The position numbers were made by a program, and so were the translations under genes. This document shows, one piece after another, positions 1-9,302 of a stretch of DNA of 64,000 nt (position 1 is the stretch's first letter; every line of letters begins with the position of its first letter). The stretch is from Candidatus Bathyarchaeota archaeon (GTDB lineage: Archaea; Thermoproteota; Bathyarchaeia; Bathyarchaeales; Bathycorpusculaceae): contig CAWDYC010000009.1 in the NCBI GenBank assembly GCA_963806535.1, forward strand, positions 11,577 through 75,576, in the 5' to 3' direction. Below the pieces are notes generated by a model. That model worked only from the letters and a program-made list of their open reading frames with translations. It was not told the origin of the DNA and made no database searches.

Positions 1-410
1 GGTATCTTAGTTTCATTCTTGATAACTAAGCCTGCAATGCTGCTGAGCCAATCGTGGACGCAGACGACATCAAAATTGTATCTTTCTTTTGCTATCAGGC
101 CGTTGATAAATTTTGTTGCGCTCAGGATGTTATAGATGAAGATGTCGTTGAAGAGTTTGATGTTTGTACCCCATTTTTTTAGGTCGTCTACCACGAAGAA
201 GGGCCAGATGTTGCTTGCGTCAGCGATTTGCGGTCTGTGTACTTCAACACCCTGCAGAATTTCTCTTGTTCTTAACCCATTGTTGTTTAAAGTGAAAACT
301 GAAACGTCATGGCCTATGTCAACGTATTCATGGGCTATGTATTCCGCATAGGTGCCTAAACCGCCTACCAGTTGAGGAGGATACTCATAAACGAAGAAAC
401 CTATTCTCAA
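1..410 (-). CDS. Glycosyltransferase family 4 (GT-B fold), N-terminal part; the gene runs off the left window edge
   Basis: My minus-strand translation from TTG at 408-410 reads RIGFFVYEYPPQLVGGLGTYAEYIAHEYVDIGHDVSVFTLNN...FDVVCVHDWLSSIAGL. This is a typical GT4 N-terminus. It is missing from the ORF track because it has no stop inside the window. Confidence 0.65.
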   Translation of the reverse strand, partial: MRIGFFVYEYPPQLVGGLGTYAEYIAHEYVDIGHDVSVFTLNNNGLRTREILQGVEVHRPQIADASNIWPFFVVDDLKKWGTNIKLFNDIFIYNILSATKFINGLIAKERYNFDVVCVHDWLSSIAGLVIKNETKI

Positions 411-584
411 ATGAGTCACCTAAAACTTCAACCTAAATATGGCTTGAATGCTATTTATACTTTCAAACAGCACTGAAATACTGTTTCTGTTATCCCCAAA
501 GGTTCCCAAGCGCAAATTTTTTGTTTGTGTTCTGCAATGCTTTTTTGAAATAGAATCTAAACCCTTTGCAGGTTGCGTCCCTAA

Positions 585-630
585 ATGTAATAAAATGTAA
601 TAGAATGTAAGAATCTGTAAAAAAATGTAA
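585..630. repeat. Five copies of (A/C)TGTAA at exact 10-bp phasing
   Basis: ATGTAA at 585, 595, 605 and 625, and CTGTAA at 615, each followed by a 4-nt A-rich spacer. Lies in a non-coding interval. Confidence 0.8.
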
Positions 631-895
631 GAAAAAGACAATTAGTCATTAGTTTTCAAGGTAAAGTTTAGGCGTCTGTGATTGTGCATTATTTTTTTCG
701 GGCAAATTTTGTTTTTTGTGTTTTGGATTGCTTTTTTGGTTCAAAGTTTGAGCTCTTTGCATGTAGGTTCATTTTTGGACATTAAGGTCTTGGTTAATAA
801 AGGAATGCTTGAATTTGTTATTGAGGGATTTTTACCAAGGGTTTTTTGTACTTTAAGTTGCTTTCTTGAAACAAAGCGTTAGCTTCTTTGCAGTT

Positions 896-941
896 GAGTC
901 ACTAAAAGTCATAGGAAGTCATTAAAAGTCACTACAAGTCA
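896..941. repeat. Five copies of (A/G)AGTCA at exact 10-bp phasing
   Basis: GAGTCA at 896 and AAGTCA at 906, 916, 926 and 936, with variable 4-nt spacers. Same non-coding interval as the TGTAA array. Confidence 0.8.
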
Positions 942-1112
942 AAGGTGAAAATACTTTGCCATTAACTCATAAAATTAAATCTACATGGCCCTTGCATATC
1001 CGAATTCTCTTTTCTGACAAGACTTATGATATCATAACTGAGCAATACTAACACCTAAGGCAACTTCAAAACCAAAATAGATGGGTTTAGTAACGACAAA
1101 CTTAATAATTTT

Positions 1113-1541
1113 TCAGAATAGTTGTAACAAATGAATCAATGCTCCGCTTATGACTGCGATCATCCAGATGACGAATGTCGGCATCATATACTTTCTGAAA
1201 CGTATGCATTGCATTGTTGAGGGCGAAAAAGCTAGCCACATTATGACGTAAACAAATCCTGCAACTTCAGCAACCACGCCTAAACTAACATGAATCCAAT
1301 TATCCAAAGCAGGAAGTGGGGAAAGTAATAGGATATCGCCAAAGTTGTTTATGAACGATGGAATCATAACGATGAAGACTAAGATTGTTTCAATTACTAA
1401 AGCTATAATTGTTAGGTAGCCATGCCTTTTGAAATTTTCTGCGTTTTTTAAGTTCTGAACTAGCGGTATCCCTAAGATAAGCAAAAACAAACTTATCACT
1501 GAAAGTATCAGTGTAATATTGCCCGCCAAATCTAGAGCCAT
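1113..1541 (-). CDS. Hypothetical integral membrane protein (about 4 TM segments)
   Basis: 142-aa ORF with four long hydrophobic stretches. No family recognised. Confidence 0.55.
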   Translation of the reverse strand: MALDLAGNITLILSVISLFLLILGIPLVQNLKNAENFKRHGYLTIIALVIETILVFIVMIPSFINNFGDILLLSPLPALDNWIHVSLGVVAEVAGFVYVIMWLAFSPSTMQCIRFRKYMMPTFVIWMIAVISGALIHLLQLF

Positions 1542-1630
1542 AGTAACCGTAGGTAGGCAGTCTTACATCTTTTAAGTTTTAGCAAAAACCAAGGTTGCAC
1601 AAAATATTTTATCTCCACTGAGAACAGTAC

Positions 1631-2113
1631 TTGGCAGTGATAAGTTTGAAATCAGCATTAGTAATTTACTATTCAAATACAGGAAACACAGAAAAAGTCG
1701 CCAATGCAATTAAAGACGGCTTGGAAGATGTAGGCTTCAAAGTTGATTTAAAGAAGCCTCAAGAAGCCGCCGAAATTGACTTTTTCGGTTATGATTTGGT
1801 TTGTGTTGGTTCTCCATCGATTGAGTGGCAACCCGCAAAGCCGATGGCTGATTTGCTTAAGGCTAAACTGAATCTTTATCGAGACCAAGGAAAAATCAAG
1901 CCTTGTGCACCGAAAGTGAAGGGCAAAAACGCATTGATCTTCTGCACTTATTCAGGACCACATACAGGAATTGATGAAGCAACTCCAGCTGGAAAAACAA
2001 TGAGGCAATACTTTGAGCATTTCGGCTTCAACGTGGTTGCCGAATGGTATATTCCAAGCGAGTTTCATGGAAGAGAAGACTTAAGCACACAAGGGCAAGC
2101 TTGGCGACATTAG
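1631..2113 (+). CDS. Flavodoxin-like protein; the C-terminus continues in the +1 frame to 2189
   Basis: KSALVIYYSNTGNTEKVA is a flavodoxin FMN-loop signature. The start is more likely TTG 1646 (MKSALVIYYS). After about 2096 the +1 frame reads KLGDIRGKPTAEELSKIKKKAQELAKACSD with no stops. Confidence 0.7.
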   Translation: MAVISLKSALVIYYSNTGNTEKVANAIKDGLEDVGFKVDLKKPQEAAEIDFFGYDLVCVGSPSIEWQPAKPMADLLKAKLNLYRDQGKIKPCAPKVKGKNALIFCTYSGPHTGIDEATPAGKTMRQYFEHFGFNVVAEWYIPSEFHGREDLSTQGQAWRH

Positions 2114-2190
2114 AGGAAAGCCCACAGCAGAAGAGTTATCTAAAATAAAAAAGAAAGCGCAGGAACTGGCAAAAGCCTGCAGTGATTAAT

Positions 2191-2463
2191 ATGAAAAACC
2201 TTGAATTACCTGAAAAAATCAGCGACGATTTAGCAAAAACCGCTGAAGAATTAACGTTTATGGCGAAGAAACCGATTTCGCAGTCAATGGCAATTAATTT
2301 ACTCATCGAAGTTTACCGTGCGCACCTAAATAATCCATGCGCTTTGGACGCTTTTAGCCAGCAACTAAAAAGCTTAGACATCATGGCTCCCGAAGAATTC
2401 GACAAATACTGGGATGAACCCACAAAACCTCAAAAAGAAAAGAGAAAAAGCAAAAAACAGTAA
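2191..2463 (+). CDS. Hypothetical small protein with a basic C-terminal tail
   Basis: ORF with ATG at 2191 (the track starts at GTG 2182). Helical-looking sequence with a KEKRKSKKQ tail. No family recognised. Confidence 0.45.
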   Translation: MKNLELPEKISDDLAKTAEELTFMAKKPISQSMAINLLIEVYRAHLNNPCALDAFSQQLKSLDIMAPEEFDKYWDEPTKPQKEKRKSKKQ

Positions 2464-2542
2464 ATTTTGATTGTCAAAATGTTGCTCAAAACACCCAATA
2501 TATAAAATTAAAACCTTATCTTGTGAAAGATTATGAAAAATA

Positions 2543-2896
2543 TTGTCTTTGAAAGCTAAATTTGGCTGGATAAAAGTTAATGGAAAAAAATACGAAAAAG
2601 ACATCATAATCCATTCAGATGGCTCGATAACGAAAAGGGAAAAGAAAAAATCCAAAGACCTAAAAACAGAATATGGTCATACTCCTCTTTCTGAACGTGA
2701 ACTTGATTTTTTGAGTAAGGAACAGTTTGATGCTCTCTATATCGGAATAGGGCATGACTCTGCTTTGCCTATAACTCCAGAAGCAGGTGAAATATTGAAA
2801 AAATACAATGCAATAATTGCTTCCACTCCTGAAATAATCGATAAAATAGACAATGAAAAGAGAGAATTCGTTGCAATAATTCATGTTACTTGTTGA
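2543..2896 (+). CDS. Mth938-like domain protein (DUF498 family)
   Basis: FGWIKVNGKKYEKDIIIHSDGS...ALYIGIGHDSALPITPEA...REFVAIIHVTC is colinear with Methanothermobacter MTH938, including the terminal IHVTC. Confidence 0.7.
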   Translation: MSLKAKFGWIKVNGKKYEKDIIIHSDGSITKREKKKSKDLKTEYGHTPLSERELDFLSKEQFDALYIGIGHDSALPITPEAGEILKKYNAIIASTPEIIDKIDNEKREFVAIIHVTC

Positions 2897-3251
2897 AGGT
2901 GGCAGTGGCTTGGTTTGTTAGCAATTGTGGCAAGCCATCCCGATTTGAGGGAGTAATTGAAAAAATTTCGGCGTCTTCTCTTTCTTTTGCTTGGGTTATT
3001 ACTGGGTCTTTGGCTTTTTCATGCACCACGGCTAATACGAGATTTTTGCTCTCCAATGCCTTCGTTACGGCTTGCTTAAATTTTTGCGAGTAAAGCTCCA
3101 TTGGACCAATTTCATCAATGGCGACAACATCGCATTTTTCTATAGCGTCTAAGATGGCTTTTGCACCTATTTTTTCCAGGTCTTCAATGTTAACGTGGTA
3201 CTTGCCGACTTGCGGACCATTCTTCTGGTTGACATGTCGATAGCCACCCAT
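2886..3251 (-). CDS. Nucleoside-triphosphatase THEP1, C-terminal fragment (frame change near 3250)
   Basis: GPQVGKYHVNIEDLEKIGAKAI...VVAIDEIGPMELYSQKF...LAVVH matches THEP1/MJ1559-type NTPases. It continues the upstream fragment after a -1 frame change. Confidence 0.7.
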   Translation of the reverse strand: MGGYRHVNQKNGPQVGKYHVNIEDLEKIGAKAILDAIEKCDVVAIDEIGPMELYSQKFKQAVTKALESKNLVLAVVHEKAKDPVITQAKEREDAEIFSITPSNRDGLPQLLTNQATATFNK

Positions 3252-3433
3252 GCTTGCCGTTCGGTCAAATCTATTATTTCAAAGCCTACCCGCGCGTTGC
3301 CTTCTCTTGCTTCTCGGCTAACCATACCTCCAACTTCGAAGCCCTTTGCCTTGAGAGCATCAACTGTTTTGATAAGCACAGTTGTTTTTCCAACACCCGG
3401 AGCACCCGTAAGCAACAAAACCCGCTTCAGCAA
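3167..3433 (-). CDS. Nucleoside-triphosphatase THEP1, N-terminal fragment with Walker A
   Basis: LKRVLLLTGAPGVGKTTVLIKTVDALKAKGFEVGGMVSREAREGNARVGFEIIDL. I prefer TTG 3433 as start. The longer track ORF (to 3568) would overlap the divergent trm1 start. Only the part down to about 3250 is meaningful. Confidence 0.65.
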   Translation of the reverse strand: MLKRVLLLTGAPGVGKTTVLIKTVDALKAKGFEVGGMVSREAREGNARVGFEIIDLTERQAWVAIDMSTRRMVRKSASTTLTLKTWKK

Positions 3434-3512
3434 CGATTCACACCAATTATACCAGAAGTCTAATATGCCGATAAAATTCTTTTCATAAACAAAACCGCTG
3501 GAGCACACATGC

Positions 3513-4187
3513 ATGGTCGATGACGGGTATGAAGCTGATTTTCCAAGCGAAATAATCAGGGAAGGCAAAGTGCAAGTGTTAGTGCCAAAACTTGAAGCCT
3601 ACGGCGTTATCCCATCTGATTATGCGCCTTCTCGGGCTCCAGTCTTCTACAATCCGGTCATGGAGTTCAACCGCGACATAACCGTTTTAGCATTCCAAGC
3701 TTACCAACGCATGGTTAACCATGAAATCTCGATTTGTGACCCATTAACTAGCCAAGGCATTCGAGGATTACGTTTTGCCGCTGAAATCGACGGGGTAAAA
3801 AAAGTTTTAATCAGCGACATTAACGAGCGAGCATACAAACTTGCAAAGCATAACGTTGCGCTCAATGGGTTGGAAGACAAAATTGCGGTTAAGCATAAGG
3901 ATGCAAACGCTGTTTTAAGCTGCAACGCCTCGCCTAAAAAAAGGTTTGACATTGTTGATGTTGACCCTTTTGGTACTCCAGCCCCCTATTTAGATTCAGC
4001 ATTCCGAGCAATCAAAAACAACGGCTTGTTGGCTTCAACAGCAACAGACCTTGCACCTCTTTGTGGAGTCCATGCGAAAGCCTGTGTTCGAAAGTACGGC
4101 GGCAGACCATTGCGAACTGAATATTGCCATGAACTTGCCGTTCGACTTTTAGCAGGCTGCACAGCAACCGTCAGCCGCAAAACATGA
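3513..4187 (+). CDS. trm1: tRNA (guanine26-N2)-dimethyltransferase Trm1, N-terminal fragment
   Basis: FYNPVMEFNRDITVLA, DPLTSQGIRGLRFA, DVDPFGTPAPYLDSA and HELAVRLL are Trm1 hallmarks. The frame is lost near 4173. Confidence 0.85.
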   Translation: MVDDGYEADFPSEIIREGKVQVLVPKLEAYGVIPSDYAPSRAPVFYNPVMEFNRDITVLAFQAYQRMVNHEISICDPLTSQGIRGLRFAAEIDGVKKVLISDINERAYKLAKHNVALNGLEDKIAVKHKDANAVLSCNASPKKRFDIVDVDPFGTPAPYLDSAFRAIKNNGLLASTATDLAPLCGVHAKACVRKYGGRPLRTEYCHELAVRLLAGCTATVSRKT

Positions 4188-4219
4188 CATCGGCATAAAG
4201 GTTCTTTTCAGCCACAGCA

Positions 4220-4726
4220 GTGAACATTACATTCGAGCTTTACACCCAAATCGCTTATGGCGCAAAAAAAGCAGATGAAAGCATCAAAACCCTCGGGTAC
4301 ATCCTGCACTGCTTCAACTGTTACCACCGAGAAACCACACATCAACCCTTTCGCAGCCTGCAATGTCCTGAATGTGGCTCAAAAATGGATTGGGCAGGAC
4401 CTCTCTGGCTTGGAAGCATCTTTGACCAAAACTTCATTGAGGCAATGATGAAAGAAAACAGGTCAGTGGCTTTCAAAAACAGCGCTAGAATCACAAAGCT
4501 TCTTAGCCTAACAAGAGATGAAGCCTCAGCCCCGATTACTTACTTTGTGGTTGACAAGTTAAGTGGAAAACTTGGTTTGCCTTCACCATCCATAAAAGGC
4601 TTTATTGACACCATTCACAACAACGGTTTCCAAGCTGTGCCAACGCATTTTAACACAAGAGGAATCAGAACAAATGCACCGGTCTTAATAATGCAGAAGC
4701 TTCTCAAGGATTTGGCATCCATCTAG
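4220..4726 (+). CDS. trm1: Trm1, C-terminal fragment
   Basis: AYGAKKADESIKTLGYILHCFNCYHRE...CPECGSKMDWAGPLWLG is the Trm1 C-terminal Zn-finger domain. A short middle piece, AAKHDIGIKVLFSHSSEHYIRA, lies in a third frame at 4174-4239. Confidence 0.8.
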   Translation: MNITFELYTQIAYGAKKADESIKTLGYILHCFNCYHRETTHQPFRSLQCPECGSKMDWAGPLWLGSIFDQNFIEAMMKENRSVAFKNSARITKLLSLTRDEASAPITYFVVDKLSGKLGLPSPSIKGFIDTIHNNGFQAVPTHFNTRGIRTNAPVLIMQKLLKDLASI

Positions 4727-4801
4727 TAGACATAAACGTCAAAGCTGTGTCCGAGAAAAATTAAGTAGAAATCAAACGTACAGCTATATCAAGAGTGAGG
4801 A

Positions 4802-5431
4802 TTGAAGTACTTGCCTTACTGCCCCAATTGCGATTCACAGGTCAAGGAAGAAGATAAGTTCTGTGACAAATGTGGAACACAACTTAGCAATAAGCCAGTC
4901 GAAAAAGCATATTTTCACTTTCCACCTAAACTTTCAACAAATCGTCTAAATGGCATAGTCATAGGGTCAGGCATAACTCTGCTTATCCTTGGATTACTAG
5001 GAGTTTTTGCACTCAACTCTTACTATTGGGAACAAGCCCGCATCCTATCCGCCCAAGGATTGCCAACCAATACGTATAACCCTTCACTTAATCCAATAAT
5101 TGAGTTTATTTCTCTCTCTTGGGCAAGCGTTTTTTTCGGCATATATTTTCTGGCTTTGTGCCTTCCATCCCAGTTTAGTCCTTTAGTGAGAGCTGTTTGG
5201 GCAAGAACCGATTATACCGCGCGGGCAGGCAACGGATCAATAACCGGCGGTTTTGTCTTTGCAACTCTTTCTGCCACTCAAGCAATTAGGGAATTTTATG
5301 TTCCCGACCACACTTGGTATCGGCAAGCTCTTCAAATTTTAATCGTAAGCGGTGTCTTAATAATTGTGATTGGCGCATCGTTGAGAACCCTTTCTTATTT
5401 AAGAAGACGTAAGTTGGCAACAAAAGTTTAA
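4802..5431 (+). CDS. Zinc-ribbon membrane protein
   Basis: N-terminal CPNCDSQV...CDKCGTQL double CxxC ribbon followed by several TM segments. Confidence 0.55.
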   Translation: MKYLPYCPNCDSQVKEEDKFCDKCGTQLSNKPVEKAYFHFPPKLSTNRLNGIVIGSGITLLILGLLGVFALNSYYWEQARILSAQGLPTNTYNPSLNPIIEFISLSWASVFFGIYFLALCLPSQFSPLVRAVWARTDYTARAGNGSITGGFVFATLSATQAIREFYVPDHTWYRQALQILIVSGVLIIVIGASLRTLSYLRRRKLATKV

Positions 5432-5473
5432 AGAGCAAAAACAACAGTCCATAAAGTAACAAAGTGAAATCTT

Positions 5474-5932
5474 ATGAACGATAAAATCACGGTAATCGGC
5501 GCAGGCATGATGGGCGGCGCCATAATCAAAAGCCTAATCAAAGGCGGCTATAAAGGCAAAATAACAGCAGTTGACATTCAAGTTGAAAAACTCAAGGAAT
5601 TTGAAGCTCTTGGAGTAAAAACTTCTTCTGATAACAGAAAAGCCGCCGGCGACGCAGACATCGTTTTCATCATCGTTAAGCCGGGTGATGTAGAAAAGGT
5701 TCTAAAAGAAATCAGCAAAGAAATTAAAGGCAAACTGTTGGTTTCTGTCGCCGCAACTGTTCCGTTGAGCTTTTTGAAGAAAAATGCTCCTGACGCAAAA
5801 ATCGTTCGCATAATGCCTAACCTAGGCGCGCTTGTGCAAGCAGCCTACACAGCTTACGTCTGCGAATCAAACGTTACTGCCGAGGACAAAGAGAAGGTTA
5901 AAGACAATTTTGAATATGATGGGCATCTGTGA
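5474..5932 (+). CDS. proC: Pyrroline-5-carboxylate reductase, N-terminal fragment
   Basis: ITVIGAGMMGGAIIKSL Rossmann motif and IVRIMPNLGALV. The frame changes near 5903. Confidence 0.8.
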   Translation: MNDKITVIGAGMMGGAIIKSLIKGGYKGKITAVDIQVEKLKEFEALGVKTSSDNRKAAGDADIVFIIVKPGDVEKVLKEISKEIKGKLLVSVAATVPLSFLKKNAPDAKIVRIMPNLGALVQAAYTAYVCESNVTAEDKEKVKDNFEYDGHL

Positions 5933-6281
5933 AGAAATGGATGAAAAATACATGGATGCAATTACCGCAGTAAGCGGCAGTGGACCAGGGTACATGTCAA
6001 TAATTATTGAAGCTTTGACGTATGCGGGGTTAAAAGTTGGGTTGCCACGTAACATTGCGTTAACTTGCGCAGCACAAACCGTGATGGGTACTGGAAAACT
6101 TGTTCTTGACCTGCATGAGGATCCAGCAAAAATAAGGGACATGACCACAACGCCGGGCGGAACAACAATCGAAGCCATTTACCAGATTGAACAAAGCCAA
6201 ATTAGACCAGCAATGATACGGGCTATCGAAGAAGCCACAAAGAAAAGCCAAGCGATAAGAGAAAAACTAAACCTGCAGTAA
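5832..6281 (+). CDS. proC: Pyrroline-5-carboxylate reductase, C-terminal fragment
   Basis: MDAITAVSGSGPGYMSIIIEAL...TTPGGTTIEAI is the ProC dimerisation domain. The meaningful part starts at about 5904. Confidence 0.8.
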   Translation: MCKQPTQLTSANQTLLPRTKRRLKTILNMMGICEEMDEKYMDAITAVSGSGPGYMSIIIEALTYAGLKVGLPRNIALTCAAQTVMGTGKLVLDLHEDPAKIRDMTTTPGGTTIEAIYQIEQSQIRPAMIRAIEEATKKSQAIREKLNLQ

Positions 6282-6290
6282 GACCGAACC

Positions 6291-6947
6291 ATGTTTGAAG
6301 CAGTTATTTTCGATTGGGATGGCACATTAGCTGATACCAGGCAAGTAATTGTCATCTCATTTCAAAAAGCATTAAGCGAAATAAACTGTAAAGTAAGCGA
6401 CGAATATATTGAACGGCGAATTGGAATTGGAGCAGCAGAGACTTTCCGAGAAATATTGCGGTCAGCTAAGAAACCGTTTGATGAAAAATTGATTCAACAT
6501 TTAATTGAGCGAAAAAGCCAGCTTGAAATCGAATTAACAAATCAAGTGAAACTTTTCCCAGGCGCTAAAGAGCTACTTGAAGCGTTACATGGCAAAGTCA
6601 AAATGGGTTTAGCATCAATGAATAACCGCTCAGTAATCATGCATCTGGTAGAGGCAAATGACTTAAAGAAATATTTTGAAGTCATATTAACTGCTGATTC
6701 TGTTTCTCATTCAAAACCTGACCCAGAAATTTTCTTAAAAACCGCTTCTGAACTGAAAACGAACCCTGAAAAATGTGTGGTTTTTGAGGATTCAATTTTC
6801 GGCGTCAAAGCCGCTAAATCTGCAGGCATGGGCTGCGTTGCTGTTACAACAGGCGTCTATTCTAAGCAAGAGCTTGAAAAAGAAAAGCCTGATTTAGTAG
6901 TTAAAACGTTAAAAGAAAGTCAAATTCTACCGTTTATTTTGCAGTAA
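6291..6947 (+). CDS. HAD-superfamily hydrolase (beta-phosphoglucomutase/phosphatase-like, subfamily IA)
   Basis: AVIFDWDGTLADT (motif I), GLASMNNR, and VVFEDSIFGVKAAKSAGM (motifs III/IV). Confidence 0.8.
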   Translation: MFEAVIFDWDGTLADTRQVIVISFQKALSEINCKVSDEYIERRIGIGAAETFREILRSAKKPFDEKLIQHLIERKSQLEIELTNQVKLFPGAKELLEALHGKVKMGLASMNNRSVIMHLVEANDLKKYFEVILTADSVSHSKPDPEIFLKTASELKTNPEKCVVFEDSIFGVKAAKSAGMGCVAVTTGVYSKQELEKEKPDLVVKTLKESQILPFILQ

Positions 6948-7024
6948 TATAACCTTGTGATTGTGTTTTGACAGTCACATAGCTTTAAGAATTTTTGAAT
7001 TTAATATAAGATTATTCTCAAACT

Positions 7025-7303
7025 GTGGAAAGGATGTTCTTGATTTTGAACAAAAAAACAAAGACACCAGTATTCCAGGTTCTATTGCTAGACAATGATG
7101 CCAGCGAAGACGTGGAAGTTCAAGAAGCAACACAGGTGAATTTTCTCCAAGTTAAAGAGCACCTGAGAAACGGCGGATCAGTCTTCATTACAAGCAAAGA
7201 CACACAAAAAATAGCCTACCCAAAAACCAAATTGCAGCAGAACTACAGCAAATCAAGAAGAAGTTATGGAGCACTTTTCCATCAGCACTTGAGAAGTTCA
7301 TGA
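7025..7303 (+). CDS. Hypothetical protein, probably frameshifted near 7225
   Basis: 92-aa ORF. After the A5 run at about 7222-7226 another frame reads QIAAELQQIKKKLWSTFPSALEKFMNV to a stop at about 7310, which looks more protein-like than the track tail. Confidence 0.35.
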   Translation: MERMFLILNKKTKTPVFQVLLLDNDASEDVEVQEATQVNFLQVKEHLRNGGSVFITSKDTQKIAYPKTKLQQNYSKSRRSYGALFHQHLRSS

Positions 7304-7415
7304 ATGTGTGACGTGCACTCGATAAGATTCCTTTTACCCCCCTCTCTCTCTTCCGTATTTTTTTGGGTGCACGCCACTCCCGATAACTCATTTTTTTCGG
7401 TCGGAATCCTAAGCG

Positions 7416-7928
7416 CTATTCTTTTCTCTTAGAAATTTGGGAATGCCAGCATATTGAGTCCAAGCCATATTTCATCTTAAGCGAATAAGACAAAGCGAAT
7501 TGAGAATAAAAATAACCATTGAAAACGAGTTTGTTGTGGTAGACAGTTTTTTGGCTTAGCCTTTCAAATAACCGAATTTTGTGGAAAACATAATTTGTCA
7601 CGAACCCCAGAAACAAAGCAACTCCTAAAACAAGAAAGTATAGTCCGGCAACTATCGGAATGAAAAATTGTATGCCGAAAATACCTAGAATCAATGAAAC
7701 AGCAACTGTACCGCCGTAGCTTGCCATAAAAAAGATTTCCAGTATCGCCAATATAATTATTGTTTTCTTAATTTCTAGGTATTCAAGGTATACGCCAACT
7801 AGGACGGCTTGTAGAATCCAGCCTGATAGCGGAATGTAAACAAACAAGAAGTCAACTGCCAAAACTGCCATGCTGACGGCTAATAGGCCATAAAAAACAG
7901 ATTTAGGCAGCTCCCTTGAGGCATCCAT
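7416..7928 (-). CDS. Hypothetical integral membrane protein
   Basis: 170-aa ORF with 4-5 hydrophobic helices. Confidence 0.5.
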   Translation of the reverse strand: MDASRELPKSVFYGLLAVSMAVLAVDFLFVYIPLSGWILQAVLVGVYLEYLEIKKTIIILAILEIFFMASYGGTVAVSLILGIFGIQFFIPIVAGLYFLVLGVALFLGFVTNYVFHKIRLFERLSQKTVYHNKLVFNGYFYSQFALSYSLKMKYGLDSICWHSQISKRKE

Positions 7929-8046
7929 ATTCTCTAATTTACAAAGAGCATAAACTTGTATTTAATTAAAGGGTATTCAACGAAAAGAAAGTTATCACAA
8001 ACAAAATGCAGGAAAATAGCGTTTATCTTGAAAAGATTTGAAGCAT

Positions 8047-8874
8047 TTACTCCTTGCTTCTCAAAACTTTCGGGATATAAGCGCATCGTGGATCTGAACC
8101 TAAAATGTCTCCCGTGTAAAATAGCGCTGATGATCGGCAGCCGCCACATAATTCTCGGTATTCGCAAACGCCACATTTGCCTTTAGATGTGGTTTTTATC
8201 TTTGACTTTTTTGAAGAACTCGCGAGCTTTGCATTTCCGTCCCATATTTGCTTAAGTGATTTGTCTTTGATGTTGCCGAGTCTGTAGGCGTCGTTGTAGC
8301 TGCAGGGTATGACATCGCCGTTTTCTGCAACACTCATGAATTTGCCAAAGAAACATCTGCCTAAGAAAAAGTTGTTGTACCAGTTGTCAAAGTCAGGCAT
8401 TCCCCGTTGTTTGGCTACTCGGGCGTAAAAGGGAATGTAAATGTTGATTCCAGGAATTCCCTTGTATTCTTGGGTTAAATCGTAGAGTTTGTTGCATACC
8501 CACTCGTATTGTTGCGGCGTGGGGTCGGCTTTGAGGCTGCTTTTGTCTTTGCTGTATGGTATGAAACCGTGGAAGACCACCCAGCGGGCATCGTATTTCT
8601 TGGCTAAGTCTAAAACATGACGCATGTCTTCTTCGTTTACGTTGGTGACTTCGCCGGCGTTAGCAAATGTGTAGACAAGGCAGTTTAGAAGTTTTTCTTT
8701 TGAAAACTTCTTTATTGCTGCAACCGCAGCCGCATAAGCGCCTTTGCCTCGGATAGCATCGTTTGTTTTTTTTCCGCCGTCAATGCTTACGGAGATTTTG
8801 GTTTGGTTCTTAACAATTTTTTGGAACGCTTCTTCGTCGAGAAGACGCCCGTCAGTTATGATGCTTGTGCTCAA
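8047..8874 (-). CDS. Radical SAM / SPASM-domain protein, main body
   Basis: TIM-barrel body (ISVSIDGG, VVFHGFIPY) and a C-terminal SPASM-type Cys cluster, CGVCEYRELCGGCRSSA...DPRCAY. The open frame continues upstream to 9006. Confidence 0.8.
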   Translation of the reverse strand: MSTSIITDGRLLDEEAFQKIVKNQTKISVSIDGGKKTNDAIRGKGAYAAAVAAIKKFSKEKLLNCLVYTFANAGEVTNVNEEDMRHVLDLAKKYDARWVVFHGFIPYSKDKSSLKADPTPQQYEWVCNKLYDLTQEYKGIPGINIYIPFYARVAKQRGMPDFDNWYNNFFLGRCFFGKFMSVAENGDVIPCSYNDAYRLGNIKDKSLKQIWDGNAKLASSSKKSKIKTTSKGKCGVCEYRELCGGCRSSALFYTGDILGSDPRCAYIPKVLRSKE

Positions 8875-9007
8875 ACCCTTTTTTGTGGCGTAATCGAGAA
8901 CTTCGAAAAGATCCTTGCGCAGAAAAGGTTGTCCACCTGTGATTCCAAAAAAGCTTGCGCCAAAATCGTTTACTTGATCAACAATTTTTTTGGCGTCTGC
9001 AGTATCC

Positions 9008-9118
9008 TAGTTCATCTGCAACTGCAGGTTTACATGCTGAAATACAGTGGACGCAATTGCTTTCGCATTCGAATGTGCATCGCCAAGGAACAATGAACAA
9101 GGGACCTTTATTTTTCAA
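9008..9118 (-). CDS. Radical SAM protein, N-terminal fragment carrying the CxxxCxxC cluster
   Basis: My translation reads (L)KNKGPLFIVPWRCTFECESNCVHCISACKPAVADEL. One extra base at about 9007 separates it from DTADAKKIVDQVNDFGASFFGITGGQPFL in the frame of 8047..8874. Confidence 0.6.
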
Positions 9119-9302
9119 GCCTTATTTCTCCAAGGAGCCTTTATTTGTTAATCCAAAACAAGTATTTGGGTATTTAATGCTTCACATTTCATTTTAATTT
9201 TTGAAACTTAAACTGAAAGTAACAGATTTGATTCGATTAACTTTCACTTTTCCAAAAGAGTTATTACTTTATTTTTGTCTTCTAAAATTTGGAGAAAGGA
9301 GA

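Noticed and set aside
681-688. ATTGTGCA, the same 8-mer as the nurA-herA operator arm, inside the gene-free interval
   Set aside because: An 8-mer is expected about twice by chance in 64 kb on both strands. There is no partner arm here.
585-941. Short phased repeats as a possible CRISPR array
   Set aside because: The units are 10 bp with 4-nt spacers, far below CRISPR repeat and spacer sizes. The two arrays have different motifs, and no cas genes are in the window.
411-1112. Chromosomal replication origin (oriC)
   Set aside because: I saw no adjacent orc1/cdc6 gene and no ORB-like long inverted elements. The origin-like or iteron idea is kept only as one hypothesis within the phased-array finding.
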